A DNA stretch of 64,000 nucleotides from Bacteroidota bacterium (GCA_021824625.1 JAKAKE010000179.1:16060-80059), one strand, 5' to 3'; shown: positions 52,422 through 62,632, counted from the stretch's first letter. Notes: a model not told the origin generated them from the sequence alone. Numbers and translations: made by a program.

Positions 52422-55102
52422 TGACATTTTATCAGACATACACCAAAGAAGAGGCAGGGTTTGGAACACAGACGATTAGGGTTGTTGTTTCAGATAAAGT
52501 AAAAGATTTATATTTATCTGATGGTTCCTGTAATTATGAATGTGATTGCATACAGCTTGAAACTACTAAACAAACTCTAACTCTTGCTGATAATAAATAT
52601 GGTGTTGACGAATTAAAATTTTCAATTAATGAAGCAGCCGTACAAAATAATGATGGCAATAAATATGTCAATGCTTTTTTATTAGAAGCAACAGATAGAA
52701 CAAAATCAAGATTTATTGCTGTATATTTTAATCCTGACTGGACATCTCCCCAACCCAATAATCTTATTACGACCGCACAGTTTCGCGGTAAAGTTAATTT
52801 TAATATCCAGGGAACAGACCTTGATTGGAAAGGTGCTATTTATTCAGGCACTATTAATCCACTTCGGGTATGGACATTTCAAGCCCTGAGTATTGATTTT
52901 GCTTTATTAGAGAAAGTTTTAATCAATGAAAGAATAACTCTTGAAGATGGCACTAAAATACGAGGGATATTCGGACATATAGAAGGAGGTACTTCCCCCA
53001 ATAATGTTGAAAGAATAACAACTGTAGAAACTGATGCTATATTTAAGCCGAGATTAGCGTATCAGGGTTATACAGGAGGAACCGATGCCGCCTGGTTTTA
53101 TAGTCATTTTTACCGTCTTGGAAGTTTATATGATGCTTTACAATTGATTTTTGATAAAGCAGGCAAAGTAGATATTTACGGAGTTTTTTCAGGGATATTA
53201 AATGAAATTTATCCAGGACAGGATTTTGTCGTATTAATAGACGAATCTATTTTAACTATTAAAACTCAGCCAACGGGTTATAGATTTGTAAGAAATGAAA
53301 CAGATGTGCCTCAATTAATAGAGAACTACGAAGATACTTATATTCCGAAATGTACAGTTTATGCGGCAAATAAAAAAATACAATTAAAAATAGCTCAGGA
53401 TATAGGAAATGCAAATGATATAGATAGTCCAATTTATATTCATGAAAGGATGTTTGATGCCAGACTTAATGTAACACAAGCCGAACCTTTCAAAACAACA
53501 GCAACTTCTGAACGGTCTTGGAATTTTCAACATTGTTCAAATCTTGCTGAATTATTATTTGAAATAGCCCGAAGTCTTGGATGTTTTGTTACTTTAAGTT
53601 TAACGGGAACTAATGTAATTCATGTGCAATTTATTAGTAGAGATAGTTGTGTTGAATCAGAAATTACTCAATTAATTGATGCCATTGATGCCTCAATAGA
53701 TATAAGTGGAAATAGTAACGAAGGCAAAATGACAACTTACAATGCCATTGCTAATACACAAGCGGCGGAAGGTATAGATACAATAACTACTGATGGAATT
53801 ATGCCTTTTCGTAATGTTTTAAATGGGGATTTTCTTAAATCTTTTCCTGGTGCAGAAAGTGAAAAAAGTAAAAAAAGGAGAGCAGATGAAGATGAATGGA
53901 AAAAGTGGAGAGATATCGAGATTAAAAAATTATTATTATCAACATCTCAAACATTAGAATATCATCGTTTTATTTATAGTGGCGGGGGGGGGTATAATCC
54001 ATTATTTAAACGACATGGTTTGCAAGAACACGGTGGTTTTATAACGATGTATCAACCTATGAATATTAGGTCAACGAGTGTAAAGATTCCGACCACTGAA
54101 ACATTTTATCAATTGGCAGCAGAAAGATTATCTACAGCTTTATATATTCGTGTAAAGAAAAACAATATGGCTTATGATGTAGATGATGAACCTTATTACA
54201 ATGTTGGAGTTGATGACAATTTATTCTGTCCTGCTTTTGGTATTCATATAAAAAAGAATATTGGTACTTATGATGTTCCTGTATGGGAAGAAAAAAAGTT
54301 TGGTTATTCGCTTGATGATCCTGAAAACAATAGGGGATTATCTGATTATATTAATTATTTAATGCAGATAGATGAACAGTTTTATATTCAGGAATATTCA
54401 TTAGATATTCCTTATTGGAATGGATTTAAAAAAGGTGTAAATATTGGTTGGAATCAAATTAAACTTGGAAGTCTTATTCAATTAACATGGAATGTAATTA
54501 ATTATTCGGGTGGTGTTTTTACAGAAACGCCCATAACAAAAACTTTTGTAGTAAACGAAATAGAACGCAATTATCAAAAACCCGAAACAAAATTAAAATT
54601 ACATTATGAAGGCAGATTTAGTTATGCATCATCTGATGCAGTATCATCTCGATTCGGGGGAGTGAATGAGGAATCTTTTAGTATACCGGATTTAGAACAT
54701 GTAAAAGAATTTACGGCTCTTGAAAATATAACAGCCGGTGATGCAGTTATGATTTATTCTACCGGAGTAATTCGTGGAATTCCTCGTCATGATTATTATG
54801 GTACGATTATAGGAATAGCAAGAAATTCAGCAGCTATAAATGAAACTGTATATGTACAAATTTCAGGACGTGTTTATAATGAAAATTATACTTCAATATT
54901 TACAGGCCATATCGGAGAATATGTTTATTGTAGAAAATCAACATATCCTACTTTGAATGTAAGTATTAATTGTCTTATATCTGAAACAAGTTTTGAAGAT
55001 ATAATTTGGATTCTTGGTAAAATCGAGACAGTTAATACTTTCGTTCTTGGTATTATAGAAATACCGTATGGCGGTCATTATCCCGAACCATCACCACCGT
55101 AG
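52421..55102 (+). CDS. large tail/baseplate or host-specificity protein
   Basis: 893 aa. Start overlaps the previous stop. Located in the tail module. Confidence 0.6.
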   Translation: MTFYQTYTKEEAGFGTQTIRVVVSDKVKDLYLSDGSCNYECDCIQLETTKQTLTLADNKYGVDELKFSINEAAVQNNDGNKYVNAFLLEATDRTKSRFIAVYFNPDWTSPQPNNLITTAQFRGKVNFNIQGTDLDWKGAIYSGTINPLRVWTFQALSIDFALLEKVLINERITLEDGTKIRGIFGHIEGGTSPNNVERITTVETDAIFKPRLAYQGYTGGTDAAWFYSHFYRLGSLYDALQLIFDKAGKVDIYGVFSGILNEIYPGQDFVVLIDESILTIKTQPTGYRFVRNETDVPQLIENYEDTYIPKCTVYAANKKIQLKIAQDIGNANDIDSPIYIHERMFDARLNVTQAEPFKTTATSERSWNFQHCSNLAELLFEIARSLGCFVTLSLTGTNVIHVQFISRDSCVESEITQLIDAIDASIDISGNSNEGKMTTYNAIANTQAAEGIDTITTDGIMPFRNVLNGDFLKSFPGAESEKSKKRRADEDEWKKWRDIEIKKLLLSTSQTLEYHRFIYSGGGGYNPLFKRHGLQEHGGFITMYQPMNIRSTSVKIPTTETFYQLAAERLSTALYIRVKKNNMAYDVDDEPYYNVGVDDNLFCPAFGIHIKKNIGTYDVPVWEEKKFGYSLDDPENNRGLSDYINYLMQIDEQFYIQEYSLDIPYWNGFKKGVNIGWNQIKLGSLIQLTWNVINYSGGVFTETPITKTFVVNEIERNYQKPETKLKLHYEGRFSYASSDAVSSRFGGVNEESFSIPDLEHVKEFTALENITAGDAVMIYSTGVIRGIPRHDYYGTIIGIARNSAAINETVYVQISGRVYNENYTSIFTGHIGEYVYCRKSTYPTLNVSINCLISETSFEDIIWILGKIETVNTFVLGIIEIPYGGHYPEPSPP

Positions 55103-55111
55103 GAGTATAAT

Positions 55112-55597
55112 ATGGCTGAAATTGCACTTGGATACCATACTGCACAAATTACGGGAGCTAACCTTGCTTATGCGACGGCTAACGGCATTTTAACGGATTA
55201 TGCTTTATTCGATACGGTTGAGAATTTTAATCCTCAGTATGAAAAAGGACTTGCTGTTTTCGGGCCTACATTAAGAGGAAGACGCGGTGCTCACGTTCTA
55301 TATAAAACCAAAACTTTCAATTTGGCAATTACGAATAATGACATAATAGGAAAAACTTCCGAGAAACTCGCTGCTAATATTTTAGTTGTAAATGAACAGG
55401 ACTTATCGGGCTTCTTAATCAGTTTTTGGAATGCAACATTCAAATATTTATGTAGGTCGAATAAAGGAGTATTTACAGGATTAAATTATGTCGAAGTTTA
55501 TTCTGAACAGAATCCTTTTCCGCTCGAGCATATTGATAATATACTTTATTTACCATTAATTAAACTGCAGTTGAAACAAGTGGAGCCATCAACATGA
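55112..55597 (+). CDS. hypothetical tail protein
   Basis: 161 aa with AGGAG RBS. Confidence 0.55.
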   Translation: MAEIALGYHTAQITGANLAYATANGILTDYALFDTVENFNPQYEKGLAVFGPTLRGRRGAHVLYKTKTFNLAITNNDIIGKTSEKLAANILVVNEQDLSGFLISFWNATFKYLCRSNKGVFTGLNYVEVYSEQNPFPLEHIDNILYLPLIKLQLKQVEPST

Positions 55598-56133
55598 GCA
55601 TGTCTTTAAATACAGTTGCAGGAAAAGTCAGATTGCTCCCATTGAGAGCGGCTCAGTTTATGAAACCTGATTCTACATATTTGAAGTGTTATCATGTCGA
55701 GGAAGAATCTTCATTTGATATTACACCGAAAGTAGTTGCTGATTATAAGGGTGGTGAGATTTGTTTAGGATTTAATATTGAAGTCAGTCTTGTTTTGCCT
55801 CATAATTATTTCGATGAGAATCCTGGCTTGATGGATTTACTTGAAAGTTTCAAAGGAACGCGTCCTGATACTCATATTTTCTTCGGGACATCAGTTCCCT
55901 TTTACTCTGTGCCGCTTGAGATTCCACCTCATGTAATAAATGCTACTGACGGCTTCGAATGTCATCTCGAAAAGATTTGCACATTCAGTTATGAAATTCG
56001 ATATGTCCAGTTCAGGCCGCGATTGACAATTAAGCTGAAAGGTTTTGTTGCAGATTTAACTAAGGTTCCTTTTGAACCCGGTTCATCAACAACGTTCAGG
56101 ATGTTTGCTAAAGAATACCCGATTTTTCAATAA
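55594..56133 (+). CDS. hypothetical tail protein
   Basis: 179 aa with a 4-bp overlap. Confidence 0.55.
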   Translation: MSMSLNTVAGKVRLLPLRAAQFMKPDSTYLKCYHVEEESSFDITPKVVADYKGGEICLGFNIEVSLVLPHNYFDENPGLMDLLESFKGTRPDTHIFFGTSVPFYSVPLEIPPHVINATDGFECHLEKICTFSYEIRYVQFRPRLTIKLKGFVADLTKVPFEPGSSTTFRMFAKEYPIFQ

Positions 56134-56148
56134 TTAAATGGAGATTAT

Positions 56149-56721
56149 ATGAGTGAAGATATTACTGATAAACTACTGCATAAAACTATAACAATTGAAA
56201 CCGAGAAAGGAAAGCTCGTTTATAATTTCGGTTTTCTAAATATATGGCAGTGTGAAATGGCTCATTCACTCGGGCTTTTTATAGTTGACCAGGAAGAAAA
56301 TCCTGCACCAAGTTTTAATGATAAAGTCAATAGCGGTAGTGCAAACTATCGGTCAACTCTTTATAGTTATTTATTCATGTTGGAAAATGATGAGAATAAA
56401 CCCAAAGATGAAATTTATTCAAAATTCATAAGGGACATAATAATCTCTTTGAAAGGTGAAGACTCCAAAGGGAATAAAAATTATGTCCAGTTCAGGGAGG
56501 TTATCACCGATTTTTTTACCGGTATCGGCGAACCATGGATAGCATCCATGTTATTGCCGAACAAATTAAAAGAAAAAACGAGTCAAAGAACATTGTTGAC
56601 TTTGATGCAAGTGATAGGGAATATGAAAGGAAACAGCTCGAATATATTGAAAAACGAGTCAGAATCGAAAACATCAACAACGAAGGAGAACTCAAAAAAA
56701 GGCAAAGAGAAGACATCATAA
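56149..56721 (+). CDS. tail assembly chaperone (G-like)
   Basis: 190 aa. Immediately upstream of the tape measure gene. Its 3' end overlaps a -1 frame ORF. Confidence 0.65.
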   Translation: MSEDITDKLLHKTITIETEKGKLVYNFGFLNIWQCEMAHSLGLFIVDQEENPAPSFNDKVNSGSANYRSTLYSYLFMLENDENKPKDEIYSKFIRDIIISLKGEDSKGNKNYVQFREVITDFFTGIGEPWIASMLLPNKLKEKTSQRTLLTLMQVIGNMKGNSSNILKNESESKTSTTKENSKKGKEKTS

Positions 56722-56837
56722 AAGTTTGGTATGTGCCTCATTTAAATAATGACATAACACAATACCAGGCTGTATTGAATCAGAATTTTTTATTGGCAAT
56801 GGATTACTTGGAAAATATATTGAATGCAAGATTGTAA
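56535..56837 (+). CDS. -1 frame ORF overlapping the chaperone 3' end (T-like extension, probably expressed as a G-T fusion from about 56700)
   Basis: Open in the -1 frame relative to 56149-56721. Stops 1 nt before the tape-measure ATG. Confidence 0.55.
   Translation: MDSIHVIAEQIKRKNESKNIVDFDASDREYERKQLEYIEKRVRIENINNEGELKKRQREDIIKVWYVPHLNNDITQYQAVLNQNFLLAMDYLENILNARL
56694..56700 (+). promoter_or_regulatory. candidate -1 programmed ribosomal frameshift slippery heptamer A_AAA_AAA
   Basis: Zero-frame codons are tcA AAA AAA ggc. It is the only X_XXY_YYZ heptamer in the 56535-56721 overlap, by codon-by-codon reading. Confidence 0.55.
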
Positions 56838-59800
56838 ATGAATCAAAACCTTAAATACCTGGTTGACTTTATTGTCAAAATGGATTACGACAAAGGCACT
56901 GCCGATAAAGTTGCAGTTGAATTAAGTAAGGTTTTGGAAGGTAAACTCCCGAAAGACCTTCTTTCTCCGGAAGCGATAAATAATACTATTGCAGGACTGA
57001 AACAGATTCAGGAAAGCGGAGTTGATGTTACTCAAATATTTGAGGATTTATCATCATCATTCGATGATACTGCTCTTCAGGATTTATCTGTTGAATTTGG
57101 TTCCCTTCTTGAAAATATAGGCAATATTGATTTGGGACCTCTCGAAGGAATGTTTGATGCTTTATCACCAGACCAGATAGAAGCATTTGGTTCAGCTCTT
57201 AATGATTCATTTGCTAATATTGATGTCGGTCAGCTTGGTGAAGCTTTTAATCAAATAAAAGCTAATATGGCTAATTTAAAAGAGGGAGGAGCAAAAGCCG
57301 GTAAGGAAACAGGTGAGGGTATTGCACACGGAATCGGAAGTGCAGGTCCCAAAGCACATGGTGAAGGTAAACATGTAGGAAATGAAGCAAAACATGGATT
57401 ACAGGAATCCTTAAAGGAAATCCCCTCAATGATGCTGGCAATGTTTGGGGGCTCGATGCTTACCCAGGGTTTCATGGGAATTACCCAGGGAATTGAAAGT
57501 ATATTCGAAGCCGGTAAAGAATTACATGAAAATCTTGAGAGAATGGAGCTTGGGTTCGCATCGGCTGGGTTAGCAGGCGAGGATATGGAAAAGCAAATGG
57601 GACAGACAAAAGAATTTGCTGCTGCCTTATCTCAGGAGTTTGGTGTTGGTGCTTCTGCTATCAGAGACTATTCCGCTCAAGCCGCATTACTTGGTGGTTC
57701 GACAGGGAAGATGAATGAGGATATAACAAAACTTGCTGTCGGTTTGACAAAAGCATCGGGGGGTTTAGTTGATGCCTCGATGATTATCAGGGTGTTTTCA
57801 AGAGGGCTGGCTGATCCTGAAGCAGAAGCGAATCTCGGTAGGTTGAAAATGACTTTCCCTGCTTTGGCTACTGCATTAAAAGGTATTACTGAACCTGCCG
57901 AATTGACACGTGTAGCTTTAGAAAAAATGAACCCGATGTTTGAACTTATGACAGAACAGGCTCAGCGTCCTGTTGGTGCAATGGAACGTTTTGAAAATGC
58001 CTTAATGGATTTGAAAAAGAATGTAGGATTAACGTTAGTCGAAGGATTAAGTCCGCTGATAGATTTTATTGGAACTGAAGTTGTACCAACCGTTTTAGGA
58101 ATGGCAAAAGGGGTTAGAGAAACAACCCATTGGATTGAAGAACATAAAGAAGTATTGCTGACTATTGCCACTCCATTGGCTATATTAACGGCTGCTTATG
58201 TCTGGCAAAATTTGGCTCTTGGTGAAATGATTGCAAAAAAGTCAGTATTAGTATTAACATGGATTCCCAAAAAAATTAAAGCCCTTTTTGCTGAAACGGC
58301 AGCTACCGAAGGAACAACAGCGGCACAAAGGATATTAAATAATGTTATGAATATGAATCCTTATGTATTGGCTATTGCAAGCATTGCTGCTTTAGTCGGT
58401 GCAATGAAAGTTCTAAATGATATGATTACAATTACAACCGCAGAGCAAAGACATCATTTGGAAGGACAAAAGGAAAAAATAGAAAAGAATATTGAAGAAA
58501 CTAAAAGTAATATTGAAACCGCAAAATCTAATTTAGAATTAATAAAATCATATACCGAACTTGGACAAAAACAAAATAAAACTGCCGAAGAAACTAATAG
58601 ATTTGAAGATGCTTTGTTATCCTTAAAAGATGCTTATCCTAAACTTGTAGATACTTCAAAATCTTTTGCTGAAAATCTAAAAAATTTAGCCTCTATAATT
58701 CCGCAAACTCAAAAAGAATTGCTTGGTTTACAAGCGACGTTGAGAGGTGAACAAAAGTTTGAATTAGAATTGAATGTTGCTCTTGCTAAAAATGCTGTTC
58801 AGCAAACCGGAGAAGATATAAATGATTTAATCGGTACTTATGAAACTCGATGGGGCAGGTTTTGGGAAGCACCAATTAGTATTTTAACAGAGAGATTAGG
58901 AGACTTTTTTGGCGATAATATAACTACAGGCAAAGTTGCACAGGATTTAGCACCTTTATATGAAGGAATGAAAAAAGCTACTAATTTAACTGAATTAAAC
59001 CGTGCATATCATGAATCATTCGCGCAATTAAAAGATAATCCATGGTTCAAAGATTTACCTGATGATTTACAGGCAAAAGTTATCGAAGGTTTTAAAGGTT
59101 ATAGAGAAAAGCAAAAAGAAGTTTTAGAAGCTACTAAACAAGTTATCGCTGCCGATACTGCCGAATTCTTTTCAAAACAAATTTCCAAAGGAGTGGATTC
59201 GGAATCAATAAAAAATGCTTGGAAATCTGCTGCGGAAAAAGGCAAAGATATGAGTTCAGTAGTCCAAGGATTAAACAGAGATTGGGGTATAACGGATGAC
59301 CAATTAATAAAAATTCTTGGAATTACAAAAGAAGAACTTGATAAAATTAAACAAACTGTGCCAGTAGTTCAGGATTTAGCAGGAGCATGGCAACAGGTTA
59401 ATAAAACTACGAGTGAAGCACTGAATACTTCTTTAGGTAAATTAAATGAAATGATTCGAAAGAAAAAGGAAGGTGAGGATTTTAATCAAGCCGAATATGA
59501 CGCTGAATTAAAAAATGCTCAAAATTTAGATAAAAAATTAGATAGTTATAATAAAATAAATGAAGAAAATAAAAAACGAATAGGAATTACAGAACAGGAA
59601 AAAAAATCAGGAAAAACATTATCAGAAATTGCAGAAGAACGTTATGAAAAAGCAAAATTATCATTACAACTTGACTTTGATAAATTTGAATATTCTGTGA
59701 ACCAAATAGCAATAGAAGAAGTGTTAGCAGGTAAAAGAAAAGAAGCGAAATTAAATGCTGAAGAAGAGACACTATTAGCCGAACGTAAAACAACTTTACT

Positions 59801-61301
59801 TTCAAATCAACTTGATTTATATAAAAATATATTTGCAAATTTAAACACAAAACCAAAAGAAGAAAATATTCAGGAATTTTTAAAGGCCATTCAAGATGCT
59901 TTAACTACTGAAACAAATTTAAAATTAAAAGTCTCTCCCGATGAACTTAAATCTCTTCAACAAGAACTTCAAATGAAACAATTGGAGTTTGACCTTGAAA
60001 TTGGATTTGATATAAAAGGTACTACTGATGCAATGGTTAATCTTGTGCAATCGCAAATTGATGATTTAAATTCTAAGTTATTGAAAGAAACCGATGATAA
60101 AGCAAAGATAGAACTACAAACTAAAATTTTTGATTTAGAAAAAAGGATGGGTGAGATTATTAAGACCGGTTCCGAGAAAATCATAGCCGACATCCAGGAG
60201 AAATCACAAAAGGAAATCGAGCTTACTAATCAGAAATACGACAAGCTCATCGAAATGGCAAAGCAGTTCAATGAATTATACAATCAAACACGGTCAAAGT
60301 TTTATGATAACCAATTAAACGATGAACTCAGAAAATTACAAAATAATCAGGATGAACGTTCAAAAATACTTGACAAACAAAAAGAATATGAGTTGCTTTC
60401 GGAAGAGGAGTTTCAATATAAAAAGAAACAATTAGATGAGAAATTTGCTGCTGAAAAAGAAGCAAAAGAGAAGGAATTAGCTAATAGAAAACTTGCATTG
60501 GAAAATTCAATTAAAGGCATAGAAATTTATGCCCAAATGCAAAAAGATAAAGAGTTATTGGAAAAAACACAAAAAGCACAACAAGATGAATATGATACTT
60601 TACAAAATGCAATTCTCTTTAAAAAATCACATAACATAGCTGTATCAAAAACTGAAGAAGATAGACTTAAAGAATTAGCTAAAAATTTAAGTGATACAAA
60701 AGATTTATTAGCAACAAAGGGTAATGAAACTAATGTTCTTCTCGATACTATGGGAACAGAGGTGAGCGAAGGTTTAACTCGTCTTTTTGCCGGTGATAAA
60801 GGGGCTATGCATGATGCAATGAAAGAAACATTAGAATTAATAACCGGATTTCTTGAGAAAAAAGTTGAAGCAATGATTCTCGGTTGGTTAGCGTCACCAG
60901 CTGTTGTTGAATGGGCAGCAGCTTTACCATTCCCATTAAATTTAGCACTTATACCGGTTGCAGAAGCTCTATTAAGACCCCTTATCCGAGCAGTAGCAAA
61001 TCCAATTTTAGAAAGTATATCCTCATTTGAAACCGGTGGCCGTGTTGATACACCAACAAAATTTATTGCCGGAGATGGTTCTAAATTAGGAGGAATTAAC
61101 AGGGAATGGATATTCCGGGATGAACAACTCAAACAGACAGTTCAAATGGCAGTGAATATTTCAAACAATGCACTTGCTAATAGATTGGACAGACTTTATG
61201 ACTTATTAGCTTCCCAGGAATTGCAGGCAATCTTCAGGGGGCCTGATATGATTTTAGCAATGAAAAAAGCAAAATATATGCAGAATCAGAGTTCGATATA
61301 A
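56838..61301 (+). CDS. tail tape measure protein
   Basis: 1487 aa. Gly/Ala-rich hydrophobic segments plus a long coiled coil. Follows the chaperone pair. Confidence 0.85.
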   Translation: MNQNLKYLVDFIVKMDYDKGTADKVAVELSKVLEGKLPKDLLSPEAINNTIAGLKQIQESGVDVTQIFEDLSSSFDDTALQDLSVEFGSLLENIGNIDLGPLEGMFDALSPDQIEAFGSALNDSFANIDVGQLGEAFNQIKANMANLKEGGAKAGKETGEGIAHGIGSAGPKAHGEGKHVGNEAKHGLQESLKEIPSMMLAMFGGSMLTQGFMGITQGIESIFEAGKELHENLERMELGFASAGLAGEDMEKQMGQTKEFAAALSQEFGVGASAIRDYSAQAALLGGSTGKMNEDITKLAVGLTKASGGLVDASMIIRVFSRGLADPEAEANLGRLKMTFPALATALKGITEPAELTRVALEKMNPMFELMTEQAQRPVGAMERFENALMDLKKNVGLTLVEGLSPLIDFIGTEVVPTVLGMAKGVRETTHWIEEHKEVLLTIATPLAILTAAYVWQNLALGEMIAKKSVLVLTWIPKKIKALFAETAATEGTTAAQRILNNVMNMNPYVLAIASIAALVGAMKVLNDMITITTAEQRHHLEGQKEKIEKNIEETKSNIETAKSNLELIKSYTELGQKQNKTAEETNRFEDALLSLKDAYPKLVDTSKSFAENLKNLASIIPQTQKELLGLQATLRGEQKFELELNVALAKNAVQQTGEDINDLIGTYETRWGRFWEAPISILTERLGDFFGDNITTGKVAQDLAPLYEGMKKATNLTELNRAYHESFAQLKDNPWFKDLPDDLQAKVIEGFKGYREKQKEVLEATKQVIAADTAEFFSKQISKGVDSESIKNAWKSAAEKGKDMSSVVQGLNRDWGITDDQLIKILGITKEELDKIKQTVPVVQDLAGAWQQVNKTTSEALNTSLGKLNEMIRKKKEGEDFNQAEYDAELKNAQNLDKKLDSYNKINEENKKRIGITEQEKKSGKTLSEIAEERYEKAKLSLQLDFDKFEYSVNQIAIEEVLAGKRKEAKLNAEEETLLAERKTTLLSNQLDLYKNIFANLNTKPKEENIQEFLKAIQDALTTETNLKLKVSPDELKSLQQELQMKQLEFDLEIGFDIKGTTDAMVNLVQSQIDDLNSKLLKETDDKAKIELQTKIFDLEKRMGEIIKTGSEKIIADIQEKSQKEIELTNQKYDKLIEMAKQFNELYNQTRSKFYDNQLNDELRKLQNNQDERSKILDKQKEYELLSEEEFQYKKKQLDEKFAAEKEAKEKELANRKLALENSIKGIEIYAQMQKDKELLEKTQKAQQDEYDTLQNAILFKKSHNIAVSKTEEDRLKELAKNLSDTKDLLATKGNETNVLLDTMGTEVSEGLTRLFAGDKGAMHDAMKETLELITGFLEKKVEAMILGWLASPAVVEWAAALPFPLNLALIPVAEALLRPLIRAVANPILESISSFETGGRVDTPTKFIAGDGSKLGGINREWIFRDEQLKQTVQMAVNISNNALANRLDRLYDLLASQELQAIFRGPDMILAMKKAKYMQNQSSI

Positions 61302-61461
61302 ATAGAAAACAACGGCCCCGAGGAGCAAAAACCACATCGGTGTTAATGATTGAGATTGAGACGAGTGTGGTGATTGAATAAGTAAATAATTACAATTTGG
61401 TTAATATTAAACAAATTTATTAAAATTCATCAGAATTCATTAAAATTTACCAAAATATTAC

Positions 61462-61492
61462 TTGACTTAACAAGTCATATTGATTATATTTG
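61462..61492 (+). promoter_or_regulatory. promoter with overlapping palindromic operator upstream of the Panacea-domain gene
   Basis: TTGACT (61462-61467), 17 nt, TATATT (61485-61490). TATATTTG also fits TAnnTTTG. Palindrome TGACTT-AAC-AAGTCA at 61463-61477. Confidence 0.5.
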
Positions 61493-61543
61493 GATTGAAT
61501 TAGAGAATAATTAATCTAATTATTTAACCAATTGGGATAAATT

Positions 61544-62068
61544 ATGAAAATTGGCAAAGTAAATATTCTTGACATTGCCTCATTTGTTTTGCTTCATTGT
61601 ATTAAAAACGAAATATCAATAAGTCATTTAAAATTGCAAAAATTACTTTATTATATCCAAGCATGGCATCTTGTTTATTTTAGTAAAAATCAAATTTTTG
61701 ATGAGGTTCCTGAAGCATGGGTAAATGGACCTGTATATCGTTCAGTTTATAATAAATTTAAAGATTTTCAAATGTACAATAGATTAGAGTATAAAAAAGA
61801 TAAGCTTGATAAATTAGAAAGTGAATATAAAGATTCAATTGATAAATTAAATGTATTATCAAAAAATCAAATTGAATTTCTTAATGCTGTAATAGGTAAT
61901 TATGCTACTATGTCTCATGATAAATTAGTACTTTTAACACATTCAGAAGATCCATGGAATAAAGCAAGAAAAGACTGCAAACCTTTTGAATATTCTAATA
62001 ATCAGATATCTATTGATGATATGTTTGAATTTTACTCATCGAAATTAAATCAAAAAAGTATTTCATAA
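61544..62068 (+). CDS. Panacea-domain (DUF4065, SocA/GepA-like) putative antitoxin
   Basis: 174 aa. ISHLKLQKLLYYIQAWHLVYF...WVNGPVYRSVY is the characteristic DUF4065 N-terminal pattern. Confidence 0.7.
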   Translation: MKIGKVNILDIASFVLLHCIKNEISISHLKLQKLLYYIQAWHLVYFSKNQIFDEVPEAWVNGPVYRSVYNKFKDFQMYNRLEYKKDKLDKLESEYKDSIDKLNVLSKNQIEFLNAVIGNYATMSHDKLVLLTHSEDPWNKARKDCKPFEYSNNQISIDDMFEFYSSKLNQKSIS

Positions 62069-62073
62069 TTTTT

Positions 62074-62562
62074 ATGACATACATTTTTCCAGAAACCGAT
62101 ATACCCATAAAAAAATATCATTTTGGTGATAAAATAATCAATGGACAAATATCGAATTTCCCTATATTTTTTTCTTATGATTACATTGATATCAAACAAA
62201 CAGATTTTTCTTTTTCACAAAAATGTTTAAATAATTTTGATATTATTAAATACTTTAAAAAAGTAAAAGATATTTCAAATAAAACATTAAATGAATTAAT
62301 TGATGATAGTGATTTTAAAGAACATTTCCATATCTATAATAATCCCAGAGGAAAATTGCTAAGTTTAATAAAGATTATTTCAGGAAAAAAACATATAAAA
62401 GATGAGGAATTACCAAGTATTGGACAATTTGCTTTATATACTCATCCAAAAGGTAGTTCAAGAAGTAAAGGAATTAAATCCCCTAGAATTTTTTTTATTG
62501 TTGGACATAGTTCAATTTTATATATTATTTTGTATGATCCTTATCATGAAATAAAAGAATAA
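62074..62562 (+). CDS. uncharacterised 162-aa protein, candidate toxin partner of the Panacea-domain protein
   Basis: Starts 5 nt after the upstream stop. No motif I can assign. C-terminus PRIFFIVGHSSILYIILYDPYHEI. Confidence 0.6.
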   Translation: MTYIFPETDIPIKKYHFGDKIINGQISNFPIFFSYDYIDIKQTDFSFSQKCLNNFDIIKYFKKVKDISNKTLNELIDDSDFKEHFHIYNNPRGKLLSLIKIISGKKHIKDEELPSIGQFALYTHPKGSSRSKGIKSPRIFFIVGHSSILYIILYDPYHEIKE

Positions 62563-62632
62563 ATTGATAATTATAAGGTCGCTTTAAGGTCACCAGTTTT
62601 TGTAACTATGAATAAAATAATATGATATTTTA

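Noticed and set aside
56573-56578. A6 run (gaAAAAAAcg) as an alternative frameshift site
   Set aside because: In the zero frame it reads gaa-aaa-acg, which does not form an X_XXY_YYZ heptamer.
60527-61132. 201-aa minus-strand ORF inside the tape measure gene (and similar ones at 57251, 57962, 59587 and 59969)
   Set aside because: These are antisense shadows of a long, biased coding region. They have Ser/Ala/Asn-rich nonsense composition and no operon context.
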